From positions 66,536 to 130,535 of the forward strand of contig JAJACI010000001.1 of NCBI GenBank assembly GCA_022601595.1: 64,000 nt of DNA, read 5' to 3'. This document shows, piece by piece, positions 53,596 to 62,817 of the stretch. Source of the stretch: Chlamydiia bacterium. GTDB lineage: Bacteria; Chlamydiota; Chlamydiia; Chlamydiales; 2-12-FULL-49-11. The translations under genes and the position numbers were made by a program. Below the pieces are notes generated by a model. The model did no database searches, was not told where the DNA came from, and worked only from the letters and a program-made list of their open reading frames with translations. The first letter of the stretch is position 1. Each line of letters begins with the position of its first letter.

Positions 53596-53871
53596 GGAAT
53601 TACACACTTTGAACTATGGTCCGTAAAAGAATTTGATCTTAAAATTAGTAGAATGAACCCTAAAAGGTTGAAAAGAGAAGTAAAGCGTGAAATGCAGAAG
53701 ATCAAAGATACCAGCAAACCATCTACTCATGCTCAAGATTATATGCGTGAAGAACTAGTGCAAAAAAAATTAGAAAGAAAATCTTTTACAAAAAAAATGA
53801 AAGACACGCGGAAAAAAGAGCAATTTGATCTAAAACAAGCTAAGAGAAAAGAAAAGCACCGCGGTCATTAG
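53596..53871 (+). pseudogene. 5'-truncated YjdF/DUF2992-like gene (C-terminal Lys-rich half only)
   Basis: The frame is open from immediately after the in-frame TAA of the A9 terminus. ...NPKRLKREVKRE...KQAKRKEKHRGH matches my recollection of the DUF2992 C-terminus. The tracked ORF 53653..53871 starts at an internal Met. Confidence 0.4.
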
Positions 53872-53953
53872 ATAATTTATTTTATTTCTTTTTTAGTAAA
53901 AAAAAGCAAAGAAAGGATTCTAAAGAAGTAATACTGAGACAGGGTCCCATAAA

Positions 53954-56122
53954 TCATACGCCCACTATCTCGGTGAGAAAATGAGTGAGCCCGGAGAGGC
54001 GTTTTTTTGTTAGGTTGTTGTGTACAGCAAGTGCGAGCGCCTTTTTGCTGGAGACAAGGACAAGGAGTTTTTTTGCACGTGTTATCGCTGTGTATAGAAG
54101 ATTTCTTTGTAGCAGCACATAGTGGCTAGTGTGTAGGGGTAGGATGATGCAGGGGGATTCACTTCCTTGGTATTTATGAATAGATACCGCGTAGGCAAGG
54201 GTTACCTCATTAAGCTCTTCGTAAGCATAGTCCACTTCTTTGTAGTCGAATTTTATAAGCATCTCTTTTGTGCCTACATTGATGTCTACTATGTAGCCGA
54301 TATCGCCGTTAAATACCATTTTCTGATAATTATTTTTCAGCTGTAGCACTTTGTCCCCAATTTTATAGGTGGTATCTCCCCGCTGAATAAAGATAGTAGA
54401 GGTGTTCAACTCTTTTTGCATTACCCCGTTAAGGTACTCTATGCCTGCCTTTCCGCGACGCATTGGAGAAAGTACTTGTATATCTTCTGTACTGTGAAAT
54501 CCAAATTTTTTTGGCAAGGTGTCACTGATAAGTGTTAGCATCTCGGTAAGCATATCTGCTGGATCATCTTTTTCTATATACCAAAAGTCATCATCGACAG
54601 TGGTGTCTAAGGTAGGCATGATCCCTTTGTTTACCGCATGGGCATTTTTTGTAATAAGTGACTGCTTTGCTTGTCTAAATATTTGATAGAGGCGTGTCAT
54701 TGCAAGGGTGGAAGAGTCTATCATACTTTTTAAAACAGAGCCGGGACCAACACTTGGCAGCTGATCAATATCTCCTATTAATATGATTCGGCAGCCATCT
54801 GGCACCGCCTTTAATAGGGAAAACATAAGATAGGTATCTATCATTGATGCCTCATCTATGATCAGAAGATCGCACTCGAGCGGGTCGCTGTGCCCTTTTT
54901 TAAATCCTTTGGTTACAAAATCTACCTCTAAAAGACTATGTATGGTCTTTGCATGGGAGCGCGTGATTTCCGATAGCCTTTTTGCTGCACGCCCTGTTGG
55001 CGCAGCAAGCATAATCTTATCAGAAAGTTTTGCATGGATGGAAAGTATGGTCTTTGTGATGGTACTTTTGCCTGTTCCAGGACCGCCTGTGATAATATGT
55101 ATTTTATCTTCTAAAGCTGAAGAGATAGCGCTTTTCTGCTCTTTGGCAAGCTTTATATGATGTTTCTCTTCCACCCAATCAAGCGCTTTATCCACTTTTA
55201 CAGAGCGGATATTACAATCAGCTTCTTTTATCCGTTCAAGCTCTTTTGCTATGCCAAGCTCTGCATAAAACAACTTGGAGAGCCATAGAAAGGGCATTTC
55301 TTGATCTAACGAAGGGATTACTTCCCTTTTTAATCGCCCGCTCTCTTCAAGTCGCGTTATCGCGCGATGACAAAGGGTCTTTTCGACGGCGAGTATGGGA
55401 GAAATCCTATCAAGAAACTCATCTTCTAGGTAACAACAATGGCCCTCTTCTGATAATTTTTCTAGATGGTATAGTACCGCTGCATCACATCTTTTGGGAT
55501 TGTCCTTGTCCATGCCAAGATTAAATGCTAGCTGATCTGCTGTTAAAAATCCAACGCCAGTAAGATCTCCTATTACCGAATAAGGATTCTCTTTTAATAT
55601 AGAAATGGTCTCATCACCATATTGCTTGAAAATTTTATGGGCAAGACCTTCTGAAACCTTATGGCCGCGCAAGAAAAGCATCACCTCTTTGATATGCTTT
55701 TTCTCACTAAAACTTTTCTTTATTTCATCTACACGCTTTTTACCAATGCCTTTTAGCCGAAGTAATTTATTTGGCGTATCTTCTAAAACGGTGAGTGTAT
55801 CTTTTCCAAAAGCCTCAACAATTGTTTTAGCATGGGTTTTACCAATGCCTTTTATAAATCCAGAGGCTAAAAAAAGTTCTATTCCAACTTCTTCAAGGGG
55901 AAGGGAGCTGGTGAATGTATTTATCTGAAATTGCTCGCCATACTCTTTATGGTCTTTCCACGTTCCTGTGCAATTTAGATTTTCTCCCAGCGCAACATTA
56001 GGAAGCTTTCCCACAATACAAGTTTTTTTATTTTCTCCCGTACGAAGGTGCGCTACTGTAAAATGAGTCTCCTCACTTGCAAAAATAATATGCTCTATAG
56101 TACCGCTGATAGTCTCTTCCAT
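53954..56122 (-). CDS. recD2: RecD2-type (RecD/TraA family) ATP-dependent DNA helicase
   Basis: GGPGTGKST, AAPTGRAAKRL, DEASMID, GDIDQLPSVGPG and SIHKYQGSE motifs, plus N-terminal HhH-like modules. Confidence 0.9.
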   Translation of the reverse strand: MEETISGTIEHIIFASEETHFTVAHLRTGENKKTCIVGKLPNVALGENLNCTGTWKDHKEYGEQFQINTFTSSLPLEEVGIELFLASGFIKGIGKTHAKTIVEAFGKDTLTVLEDTPNKLLRLKGIGKKRVDEIKKSFSEKKHIKEVMLFLRGHKVSEGLAHKIFKQYGDETISILKENPYSVIGDLTGVGFLTADQLAFNLGMDKDNPKRCDAAVLYHLEKLSEEGHCCYLEDEFLDRISPILAVEKTLCHRAITRLEESGRLKREVIPSLDQEMPFLWLSKLFYAELGIAKELERIKEADCNIRSVKVDKALDWVEEKHHIKLAKEQKSAISSALEDKIHIITGGPGTGKSTITKTILSIHAKLSDKIMLAAPTGRAAKRLSEITRSHAKTIHSLLEVDFVTKGFKKGHSDPLECDLLIIDEASMIDTYLMFSLLKAVPDGCRIILIGDIDQLPSVGPGSVLKSMIDSSTLAMTRLYQIFRQAKQSLITKNAHAVNKGIMPTLDTTVDDDFWYIEKDDPADMLTEMLTLISDTLPKKFGFHSTEDIQVLSPMRRGKAGIEYLNGVMQKELNTSTIFIQRGDTTYKIGDKVLQLKNNYQKMVFNGDIGYIVDINVGTKEMLIKFDYKEVDYAYEELNEVTLAYAVSIHKYQGSESPCIILPLHTSHYVLLQRNLLYTAITRAKKLLVLVSSKKALALAVHNNLTKKRLSGLTHFLTEIVGV

Positions 56123-56140
56123 GGGAGGATCATACCCCTC

Positions 56141-57589
56141 CTAATTCTTTTTGTAAAGGAGACTCTTTAGGGAGATTTTTTTATGGAGAAAGTCTTCAAA
56201 AGCTTGATCCTCTTTTTTTTCAAGTGTAAGATCGCTATAAAAGGCATAATTTTTTTTTACAAGATGAGAAATGGATTTGTTAAAGCTGTATTTTTCGCGC
56301 AATATCATACGTAGTTTCTCCATCCCTACATAAAGGGAGGGGTCATCAAGCAGAGAGGCAATCTTTTCCGCACGACTTGCAGGTGTATCTTTTGTCTTAT
56401 AAAGGAGTATAAGATACTCACAAAGGGAAAAGTAGGGGAGCAGCTCTTTATAAGCGACATGGTAGAGATCTATGAGAAAAGGCACGGCATGATCAAGAGC
56501 GTCATAAAAGAACAAAGAATTTGTAGAAAGACATTCGGTAAATGATCCATCACCTCTTAGCCCTACAAAAGGGTTGGATGAATTCATCCAATAGATAAAC
56601 TCCTTTTGATCGATATTTTTTGTGTGTTTTATAGTAAGTGTTTTCCCTTCTTTTTGAATGCTAAGAGAGCTGGTATTTGGATCATCTAGAATAAAAATTT
56701 TTTTTATGCCGTAGGAAAGAAAGTCTATTTCATTAAAAAGGGGGAGAATGGTTGCTAGATTTGGCACAACAATGGTCAGGTTTTCTAAATCACTTTTCCT
56801 GTGCATTAGAATAGATAGAAAATAAGTGATTATCCCCTTTTTAGTAACAAGATAGGCAAAGTAAGTATTGAGATCTCTTTTTTGTGGAGGGACCTGATCT
56901 AGGATAATGATCCCTTTTTCAAGTGCATATAACCCCATCGAACGTTCTTTTGTAGCTGGATGATAATCTGGTGTGTCAATAAATCCATACTGACCAATTC
57001 GGGAGATAATTGGAGGGTCCTGATTCTCTTTTTCTATCATCGATTTTAACGATAAAAAATCATAGTAGGCGGCAGGGATTTCAAGAATAGAAAATGCCGA
57101 TCTCATAAGATCTTGTATGGCCTTAGAAAATTTAGGAGGCTCTGGATGAGAATATTTTACGATATGATGAGCAAGATGAGACCTTAACTTATTAGGTAGA
57201 GGAGACTTTTTATCTATGACGGAGATAAGTTCGATGTTTAGCTCAGGAATTTCTTTTGCAAGAATATCTGCTATATGAATTTGCATAGAAAGATCGCCCA
57301 GTCCAAAAGGAATGACCCATGTAAAAAGGATGAGTTTTTTGTCCCCTTTAATGGGGGTATCTCTATACTTATAAAGGAGGGCTTTGTCCAAAATTTGGTA
57401 AATAATATCTTTAACTGAGGAGAATTCTTCTTTTTCTGGAAGAGCTCGCGGAATCTTAATTTCTGCGTAAGGCGGCAGCTGCAGGGTCTGCAAGTCAAGC
57501 AGTGCAGTTACCTCGGCTAAAATTTCATCGGAGAGAGGTCTCTTTTTCATTTTTTTATTGTAAGGAATTTTCCCTTTTGCTACAATCAT
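56141..57589 (-). CDS. Hypothetical protein (482 aa), possible GT-B glycosyltransferase with EarP-like motifs
   Basis: N-terminal LILFTWVIPFGLGDLSMQIHIADIL and C-terminal NPFVGLRGDGSFTECLSTNSLFFYD resemble, from memory, the EarP FC.V.DN.GD.GV and RGEDSFVRA...PF.W motifs. Unverified. Confidence 0.3.
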   Translation of the reverse strand: MIVAKGKIPYNKKMKKRPLSDEILAEVTALLDLQTLQLPPYAEIKIPRALPEKEEFSSVKDIIYQILDKALLYKYRDTPIKGDKKLILFTWVIPFGLGDLSMQIHIADILAKEIPELNIELISVIDKKSPLPNKLRSHLAHHIVKYSHPEPPKFSKAIQDLMRSAFSILEIPAAYYDFLSLKSMIEKENQDPPIISRIGQYGFIDTPDYHPATKERSMGLYALEKGIIILDQVPPQKRDLNTYFAYLVTKKGIITYFLSILMHRKSDLENLTIVVPNLATILPLFNEIDFLSYGIKKIFILDDPNTSSLSIQKEGKTLTIKHTKNIDQKEFIYWMNSSNPFVGLRGDGSFTECLSTNSLFFYDALDHAVPFLIDLYHVAYKELLPYFSLCEYLILLYKTKDTPASRAEKIASLLDDPSLYVGMEKLRMILREKYSFNKSISHLVKKNYAFYSDLTLEKKEDQAFEDFLHKKISLKSLLYKKN

Positions 57590-57598
57590 TGCTTCTCT

Positions 57599-57670
57599 TC
57601 CGGCTTAGCTCAGTGGTAGAGCAGTAGACTGTTAATCTATTGGTCGCTGGTTCGAATCCAGCAGCCGGAG
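57599..57670 (+). tRNA. tRNA-Asn (anticodon GTT)
   Basis: Acceptor TCCGGCT/AGCCGGA, D-arm GCTC-AGTGGTA-GAGC, anticodon stem-loop GTAGA-CTGTTAA-TCTAT and T-arm GCTGG-TTCGAAT-CCAGC. CCA is not encoded. Confidence 0.95.
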
Positions 57671-57676
57671 CATTAA

Positions 57677-57707
57677 AGCACCAAGTGAATTCTTGGTGCT
57701 TTTTTTT
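57677..57707 (+). terminator. Rho-independent terminator after tRNA-Asn
   Basis: 9-bp stem AGCACCAAG / CTTGGTGCT with a 6-nt loop and a T8 run. Confidence 0.8.
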
Positions 57708-57755
57708 ATCCAGAGTATTGCATTTCAACCTTGAACTGGGGTCCCCAAAATTCCC

Positions 57756-57923
57756 TTAAGGAGACTCTGAAAAACGGACAGTTTTATAATTTTCCAGATT
57801 TCTTATAAATCCTATTTTTCATGGCGCCCCATCCCGAGGGGGATGCAGCTTACTCCAAAATCGGATTTATTTCAAAAAATCTGAAGAAATTCTAAAAAGT
57901 GTAGTTTATCAGAGTCTCCTTAA
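57756..57923 (-). mobile_element. MITE-like palindromic element, subfamily A, copy A10
   Basis: TTAAGGAGACTCTGAAAAACGGACAG ... GTGTAGTTTATCAGAGTCTCCTTAA with centre CATCCC-GAGGG-GGATG. It appears to be inserted into a family-C element. Confidence 0.9.
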
Positions 57924-57966
57924 AAATTCATTGAACAGTACGCCATATGAAACGCTAACGACTATA
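57924..57966. repeat. Right-hand ~43 bp of a family-C element
   Basis: AAAATTCATTGAACAGTACGCCATATGAAACGCTAACGACTATAG aligns with 32689-32731. Confidence 0.75.
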
Positions 57967-58034
57967 GTTTTTATTTGGATGTATCTTAAATAATCAGGTT
58001 TATTGTACAATATATAAAGAAACAGGAGTTGATT

Positions 58035-59219
58035 ATGAGTTTATCTAATTACGTTGAAGTAAATTCACCCGTATCTTTGGAAAGATATGGAGGGGTAAAA
58101 GGTCACAATCTATATTTGAAATTATCAGAAGAGACGATTGCATCTTCAGTAAAACTAATACAAGAGAGAGTAGAAAGTAGCACACCTGCCGCTGATATAT
58201 TTTTTAAGTTGTTTGACTTCCTTCGTAAAAAAAGAGGGCAAATTGCACAAGCTACCCAGACACCAAATGCAGAAACTTTTGGGGCCTTAAGAACTTTTAA
58301 AAAAATCACCATGCCATTTCAGCAATTTGGCGCTGTTCGTACTTCTTTGTATCTTAGATATAATAAACGTTTCATCACCCAACTAGCAAAAAAAATGGGG
58401 CCAATGGATCGTTCTTTAACGGAGTGGAAACAAAGAGAAATTAAATATGGAGAAACGGTATTTAACAGGAAGGTTGCTTTTCAAGTAGAGGTCCTTACAC
58501 AAAAGAATTTACGAGCTCAAAGAATAGTAGAAGATATTACTGAAAAAGAGCTACAAGCATTGTTAGGCACGGAAAAAACAGGTACAGAGATATATAAAGA
58601 TTGGAATCTGATGTTACGCTTAAAGCAAAAACATTCAGAGGTGTATCAAAGAATAGCTAAAAGTGCGCAGTTAAAGCAACTTATTACTTGTTATCCTTCC
58701 CCTAAAAAAGATAGTGAAGGAAAACCTATAGGAGATCTATCTACCTTAAAAAATTTATTTGTTTTTTCTACTGTTCGGATTGAAATTAATCGTAAGCTCT
58801 ATGCTCTTGGAAAGCAACTGACCTGGATGTATACTACACATAGAACAGATCCAGTGGAGCGTATGAAAGAACATTCACAGGCAATTGTTATTCACCAAGA
58901 TGTTTTTCTAATTGATGAGACTCTTAAGGCTATTGCACAAGTGTTTGGGCAAGCGATCTTGTGGGATAAGAAGACTCAGGCTCTTGAAGAGTTAAAAGAT
59001 AAAGTAGCGCTTATCCGTTTTATGTATGCATTTTGTATGCCTTGCCTTCGTGGAGATGGGGCAATAGGGGACTGGATGGAGCTTGCTATTTATAAATATC
59101 ATGGATTTTTAAAGACTCGACATAACTCCAAGATGCTTCCTTGTTTTGAGCCTCTTGCATCTACATCCTTATCTTCCTACAGAAAAAGATATGACAAGAC
59201 GATTAAAATTGAAGAATAA
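58035..59219 (+). CDS. Hypothetical protein (395 aa), candidate secreted effector
   Basis: ACAGGAG SD 6 nt before the ATG at 58035. Conserved-looking C-terminal CLRGDGAIGDWMELAIYKYHGF. No family confidently recognised. Confidence 0.6.
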   Translation: MSLSNYVEVNSPVSLERYGGVKGHNLYLKLSEETIASSVKLIQERVESSTPAADIFFKLFDFLRKKRGQIAQATQTPNAETFGALRTFKKITMPFQQFGAVRTSLYLRYNKRFITQLAKKMGPMDRSLTEWKQREIKYGETVFNRKVAFQVEVLTQKNLRAQRIVEDITEKELQALLGTEKTGTEIYKDWNLMLRLKQKHSEVYQRIAKSAQLKQLITCYPSPKKDSEGKPIGDLSTLKNLFVFSTVRIEINRKLYALGKQLTWMYTTHRTDPVERMKEHSQAIVIHQDVFLIDETLKAIAQVFGQAILWDKKTQALEELKDKVALIRFMYAFCMPCLRGDGAIGDWMELAIYKYHGFLKTRHNSKMLPCFEPLASTSLSSYRKRYDKTIKIEE

Positions 59220-59301
59220 GCGCGAATCTCTTTTTAAACAATCGATTATGTTGACAATAATCGATTATTCTGTATAATTGAGGCATGGCCTAGGAGATTA
59301 T

Positions 59302-59934
59302 ATGGATTTAGAGAGTGTTTTGAGAGAGGATATCCTGGATGGCAAGCTGGAGCCAGGTGCTAAATTAAATATTGCAGCGTTGAAGAGCCTTTATGGTGTC
59401 GGGCTTGCGCCTATGCGAGAGGCGTTATCACGCCTTGCAACGACAGGTCTTTTAAAGTGTGCCCCTAATAAGGGGTATAGTGTTTCTCCGATGAGCTTGC
59501 AGGAATTAAAAGATGTATATGAGATAAGCGCTCATATAGAGGCCCTTGCGATGGCTCAAGCTATTGATAGGGGAGGTGCTATCTGGGAAGAGGAGATTAT
59601 TGCTTCTTTGCATCATTTAAAAAAAATGGAGCAGGGGCAGAAAAAGCCAGAATTTTCTCTATGGATGGAGGCAAATCAGAGATTCCATGATGCACTTATT
59701 GGAAGTTGTAGTCCTATTTTAAAAGAGCTTCGAAAGATTATTTGGCTTCATGGTCAAAGATATTCTCGTCTTGCTTTTAAAGAGCTTGTATTAAAAGATT
59801 TTCATGAGGAGCATCAGGCGCTTGCAGATGCCGCTCTTGGTAGAGATAAAGTGAGAGCAAAACGATTAGTAAAAGAGCACCACTTGAGTGGTTTAGGGTT
59901 AAATATAGAGAGGTTTAAAGATGGAACAAAGTAA
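59302..59934 (+). CDS. GntR-family transcriptional regulator (FadR/FCD subfamily)
   Basis: Winged-helix segment LEPGAKLNIAALKSLYGVGLAPMREALSRLATTGLL plus a helical FCD-like C-terminal domain. TAGGAGA SD before the ATG at 59302. Confidence 0.8.
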   Translation: MDLESVLREDILDGKLEPGAKLNIAALKSLYGVGLAPMREALSRLATTGLLKCAPNKGYSVSPMSLQELKDVYEISAHIEALAMAQAIDRGGAIWEEEIIASLHHLKKMEQGQKKPEFSLWMEANQRFHDALIGSCSPILKELRKIIWLHGQRYSRLAFKELVLKDFHEEHQALADAALGRDKVRAKRLVKEHHLSGLGLNIERFKDGTK

Positions 59935-61252
59935 AATATATGGAGAGTCTTATAGGGATTTATTAAGACTTGCAATCCCCTCCATGCTTACCTTTATCTC
60001 AACAACCTTAATGATGTTTTTTGATCGATTGTTTTTATCCAACTACTCATTAGAAGCGCTGGGTGCTGCTGTAAATGCTGGGGCTATTGCCTGGGGAGTG
60101 GTATTTGCATTTCAGGTTTTTACAGAGATGAGTCAGGTGGTTATTGCCCAATATATTGGGGCAGGAAAAGAGGATAAGCTCTCCTCTCCCGTGTGGCAGA
60201 TGTTATGGCTTGTCGCTTTTTCTTGGATCATTTTTATTCCCGTGGCAATTTATGGAGCAAAGATTTTTTTTGAGCCAGGTTCTTTGCAGTCTCAATACTT
60301 TATTTGGTTTGTCTCTTTTGGCACAGCATTTGGCTTAGTTGGGGCGGGATCGGCCTATTTTATAGGTAGGGGAGAGACTCGTATTGTTACGATTACTGCT
60401 GTAATAGGAAATGTGGTAAATCTTGTATTAGATTATTTTATGATATTTGGAGTCAAAGGGTTATTTGCTCCTATGGGAGTGAAGGGCGCTGCAATTGCTA
60501 CTGGTATTGGTATAGTGGTGCAAGGCATTTTATTGTTGATCTTATTTTTACGACAGACCAATTATAAGGTGTTTTCATGGGATCCAGAGGTGTTAAAGCC
60601 TTGCATTCGAGTGGGTTTTTCCCCAAGTCTATCAAGAAGCGCAGAAATTATTGGCTGGGGATTATTTTTTAGCATGATGGCAAAAGCAGGAAGCGTGCAC
60701 CTAATTGTTACAAGTGTTTGCCATAGTCTATTGCCAATTTTTGCCTGTGTGGGTTTTGGGCTTCAAAAGGCTATTTCCACTATAACAGGTAATTGGGTTG
60801 GCGCTGGGAAAATAGAGCAGATACCAAAACTGGTGCAAAAAGCTACGGTCGTTCTTGGTCTCTACATGGCGGCAGTTGCTCTGATGATGTATATATTTCC
60901 AGATCTTCTCTTGCAGCTATTTCAAAATAAGGAATTAGATGTCGAGCTAAGCAGTCTTATTCGCATAGGATTTTTACTTTCTTTAGGCTATCTATTCTTT
61001 GGAGGACTTCGAAATATTGCCACAGGAGTTCTTTCTGCAGTTGGTGATTCATGGTTCTTAATGACCTTTGGGATTTTAACTATTTGGATGTTTTTATTAA
61101 TTCCTGTTTACTATTTTATTGTTTTCTCAGGAAAGTCGGTAACTTTTGCGCAAACTTTACTATTAGCCTATGGGGTGATGGGCTCATTGGTATATTTAGC
61201 AAGGTATAGTTCAGGCAGATGGGCTGCAAACGCCTCTTTAATAAAAGAATAG
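59921..61252 (+). CDS. MATE-family efflux transporter
   Basis: 12-TM protein whose N-terminus LLRLAIPSMLTFISTTLMMFFDRLFLS is typical of MATE. Overlaps the GntR gene by 14 nt. Confidence 0.75.
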   Translation: MEQSKIYGESYRDLLRLAIPSMLTFISTTLMMFFDRLFLSNYSLEALGAAVNAGAIAWGVVFAFQVFTEMSQVVIAQYIGAGKEDKLSSPVWQMLWLVAFSWIIFIPVAIYGAKIFFEPGSLQSQYFIWFVSFGTAFGLVGAGSAYFIGRGETRIVTITAVIGNVVNLVLDYFMIFGVKGLFAPMGVKGAAIATGIGIVVQGILLLILFLRQTNYKVFSWDPEVLKPCIRVGFSPSLSRSAEIIGWGLFFSMMAKAGSVHLIVTSVCHSLLPIFACVGFGLQKAISTITGNWVGAGKIEQIPKLVQKATVVLGLYMAAVALMMYIFPDLLLQLFQNKELDVELSSLIRIGFLLSLGYLFFGGLRNIATGVLSAVGDSWFLMTFGILTIWMFLLIPVYYFIVFSGKSVTFAQTLLLAYGVMGSLVYLARYSSGRWAANASLIKE

Positions 61253-61309
61253 TTGTACAGAAATATTGACTTTTTGCTAAGGTTGTGTTTTTTTTATCAA
61301 GGGTCGAGT

Positions 61310-62383
61310 ATGAAGATTTTTAAAAAGCTATTTATTTTAGCAACGGTTTTTATGTTATGCACAGAAAGTGCGCTCATTGCATCAGAAAAAATACAACCAA
61401 ATTCTTTTATTGAGTATGACTTGTATAGCGCTATAAGTGAGGGCAATCTGGATAAAATGGGTGCTTTGATTGAGACGTATGCTTTTAGCCCAAAGGTTTT
61501 AGGGGAATTTTATCTTTTACTACTTTCTTCAGAAAATATTTCTAAGCAGGATATATTAGAAAATATATCCGTGCTAAAAAATGAAGGGGCTGAGTTATTT
61601 GCAGAAACAGAAATGACATTAAATTGGGATCATTTTATAGATAATTTTGATGCGGATATGTATGAAGCGCTCCAAGGAATAAAGGGCTATGAGAAATTTA
61701 TTCACTTTGTATATTTGAATGTTAAGAGTTTTGTGGAGTACGAGCAAAAGAATCCATGTGTGAAATCAATAGATTTCTTAAATGAATCACTGGAGTTTTT
61801 TAAAAAAATAGATGCATTTCTTATTCGAAAAAAAATATCTTTTTCTAAAAAAGAAATGGGTCCATTTATCGAAGAAAACTATCATTTGTGGCGTGAAGCC
61901 CCCTCATTTCTAGTATCAGATATTTTAGAGCATGTGTCGCCTAAAATAAATGCCGAGCTATTTTATAGATATATGTGCTGCACTCCCGGGTTTATGCTCC
62001 ATTTATTAGAAACCAATGAATGTCAAAAATATTGCATGCTTATTGCTCCTTTTTTTCTAGGAGAGTTTCCTAAACATGTAACTGCAAAGGCATTGTTACT
62101 TTGGATAATTGAAGATATGGGGAAAGCAGATGATATGTCGGGGTACTATTTACAAGAAGAGAGTGCACGCCAGGTGGGGAGGGTAGGAGATTACTATTTT
62201 ATTTTGCAATCTGCTGGGATGAAAGCATATTTAGATAAAGAACTTGAAACTCTTGATGATAATGTAAAACAGAAGGTTTTAGAAATATTTCGTTTAGGTC
62301 CTAAAGAATGGATAGATAATGAAATGCAAGAGCTTTTGCATGACATAGAAGAGGCAAATAAATTAACAAAGGATATGAAATGA
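61310..62383 (+). CDS. Hypothetical secreted protein (357 aa)
   Basis: The signal peptide MKIFKKLFILATVFMLCTESALIAS begins at the internal Met, position 61310. No family recognised. Confidence 0.6.
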   Translation: MKIFKKLFILATVFMLCTESALIASEKIQPNSFIEYDLYSAISEGNLDKMGALIETYAFSPKVLGEFYLLLLSSENISKQDILENISVLKNEGAELFAETEMTLNWDHFIDNFDADMYEALQGIKGYEKFIHFVYLNVKSFVEYEQKNPCVKSIDFLNESLEFFKKIDAFLIRKKISFSKKEMGPFIEENYHLWREAPSFLVSDILEHVSPKINAELFYRYMCCTPGFMLHLLETNECQKYCMLIAPFFLGEFPKHVTAKALLLWIIEDMGKADDMSGYYLQEESARQVGRVGDYYFILQSAGMKAYLDKELETLDDNVKQKVLEIFRLGPKEWIDNEMQELLHDIEEANKLTKDMK

Positions 62384-62808
62384 AAATATTTAGAAACTTA
62401 TTATTAGGATTTATTGTAGGATTTACCGGTTTGACAAGCAGTGTATTTGCTGGAGATCAAAACTTAGAGATAGAAAATGAAGAATATAGAACCGAAGGAA
62501 ATACACAATTAGATGAGGCTCTGCAGCAGTTTTTTAGCACAGATAGCTTTGATCGTATATTGTTAACGCTTCACGATGAAAATTTAGAAACTCATAAGAT
62601 TGGCGTTCTATTTGATCCCGTGAATGGATACTTTGATTTACAAGGAATGAAGATGAACAATCCTGTCTTAATTGTAACTCCGTATGGTACACCAAAAGCA
62701 TTAATAGATTTAGTTAAAAGAAAAATACCCGCAGATCTCTCTTGCTCTGTATTTTGTTGTGGGAGCTTTAACGGAACTCCAGTTTTAGAATACTTCGGTT
62801 TCGAATAG
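62380..62808 (+). CDS. Hypothetical secreted protein (142 aa)
   Basis: ATGA overlap with the upstream gene. Signal peptide MKIFRNLLLGFIVGFTGLTSSVFA. Confidence 0.6.
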   Translation: MKIFRNLLLGFIVGFTGLTSSVFAGDQNLEIENEEYRTEGNTQLDEALQQFFSTDSFDRILLTLHDENLETHKIGVLFDPVNGYFDLQGMKMNNPVLIVTPYGTPKALIDLVKRKIPADLSCSVFCCGSFNGTPVLEYFGFE

Positions 62809-62817
62809 ATTAAATGT

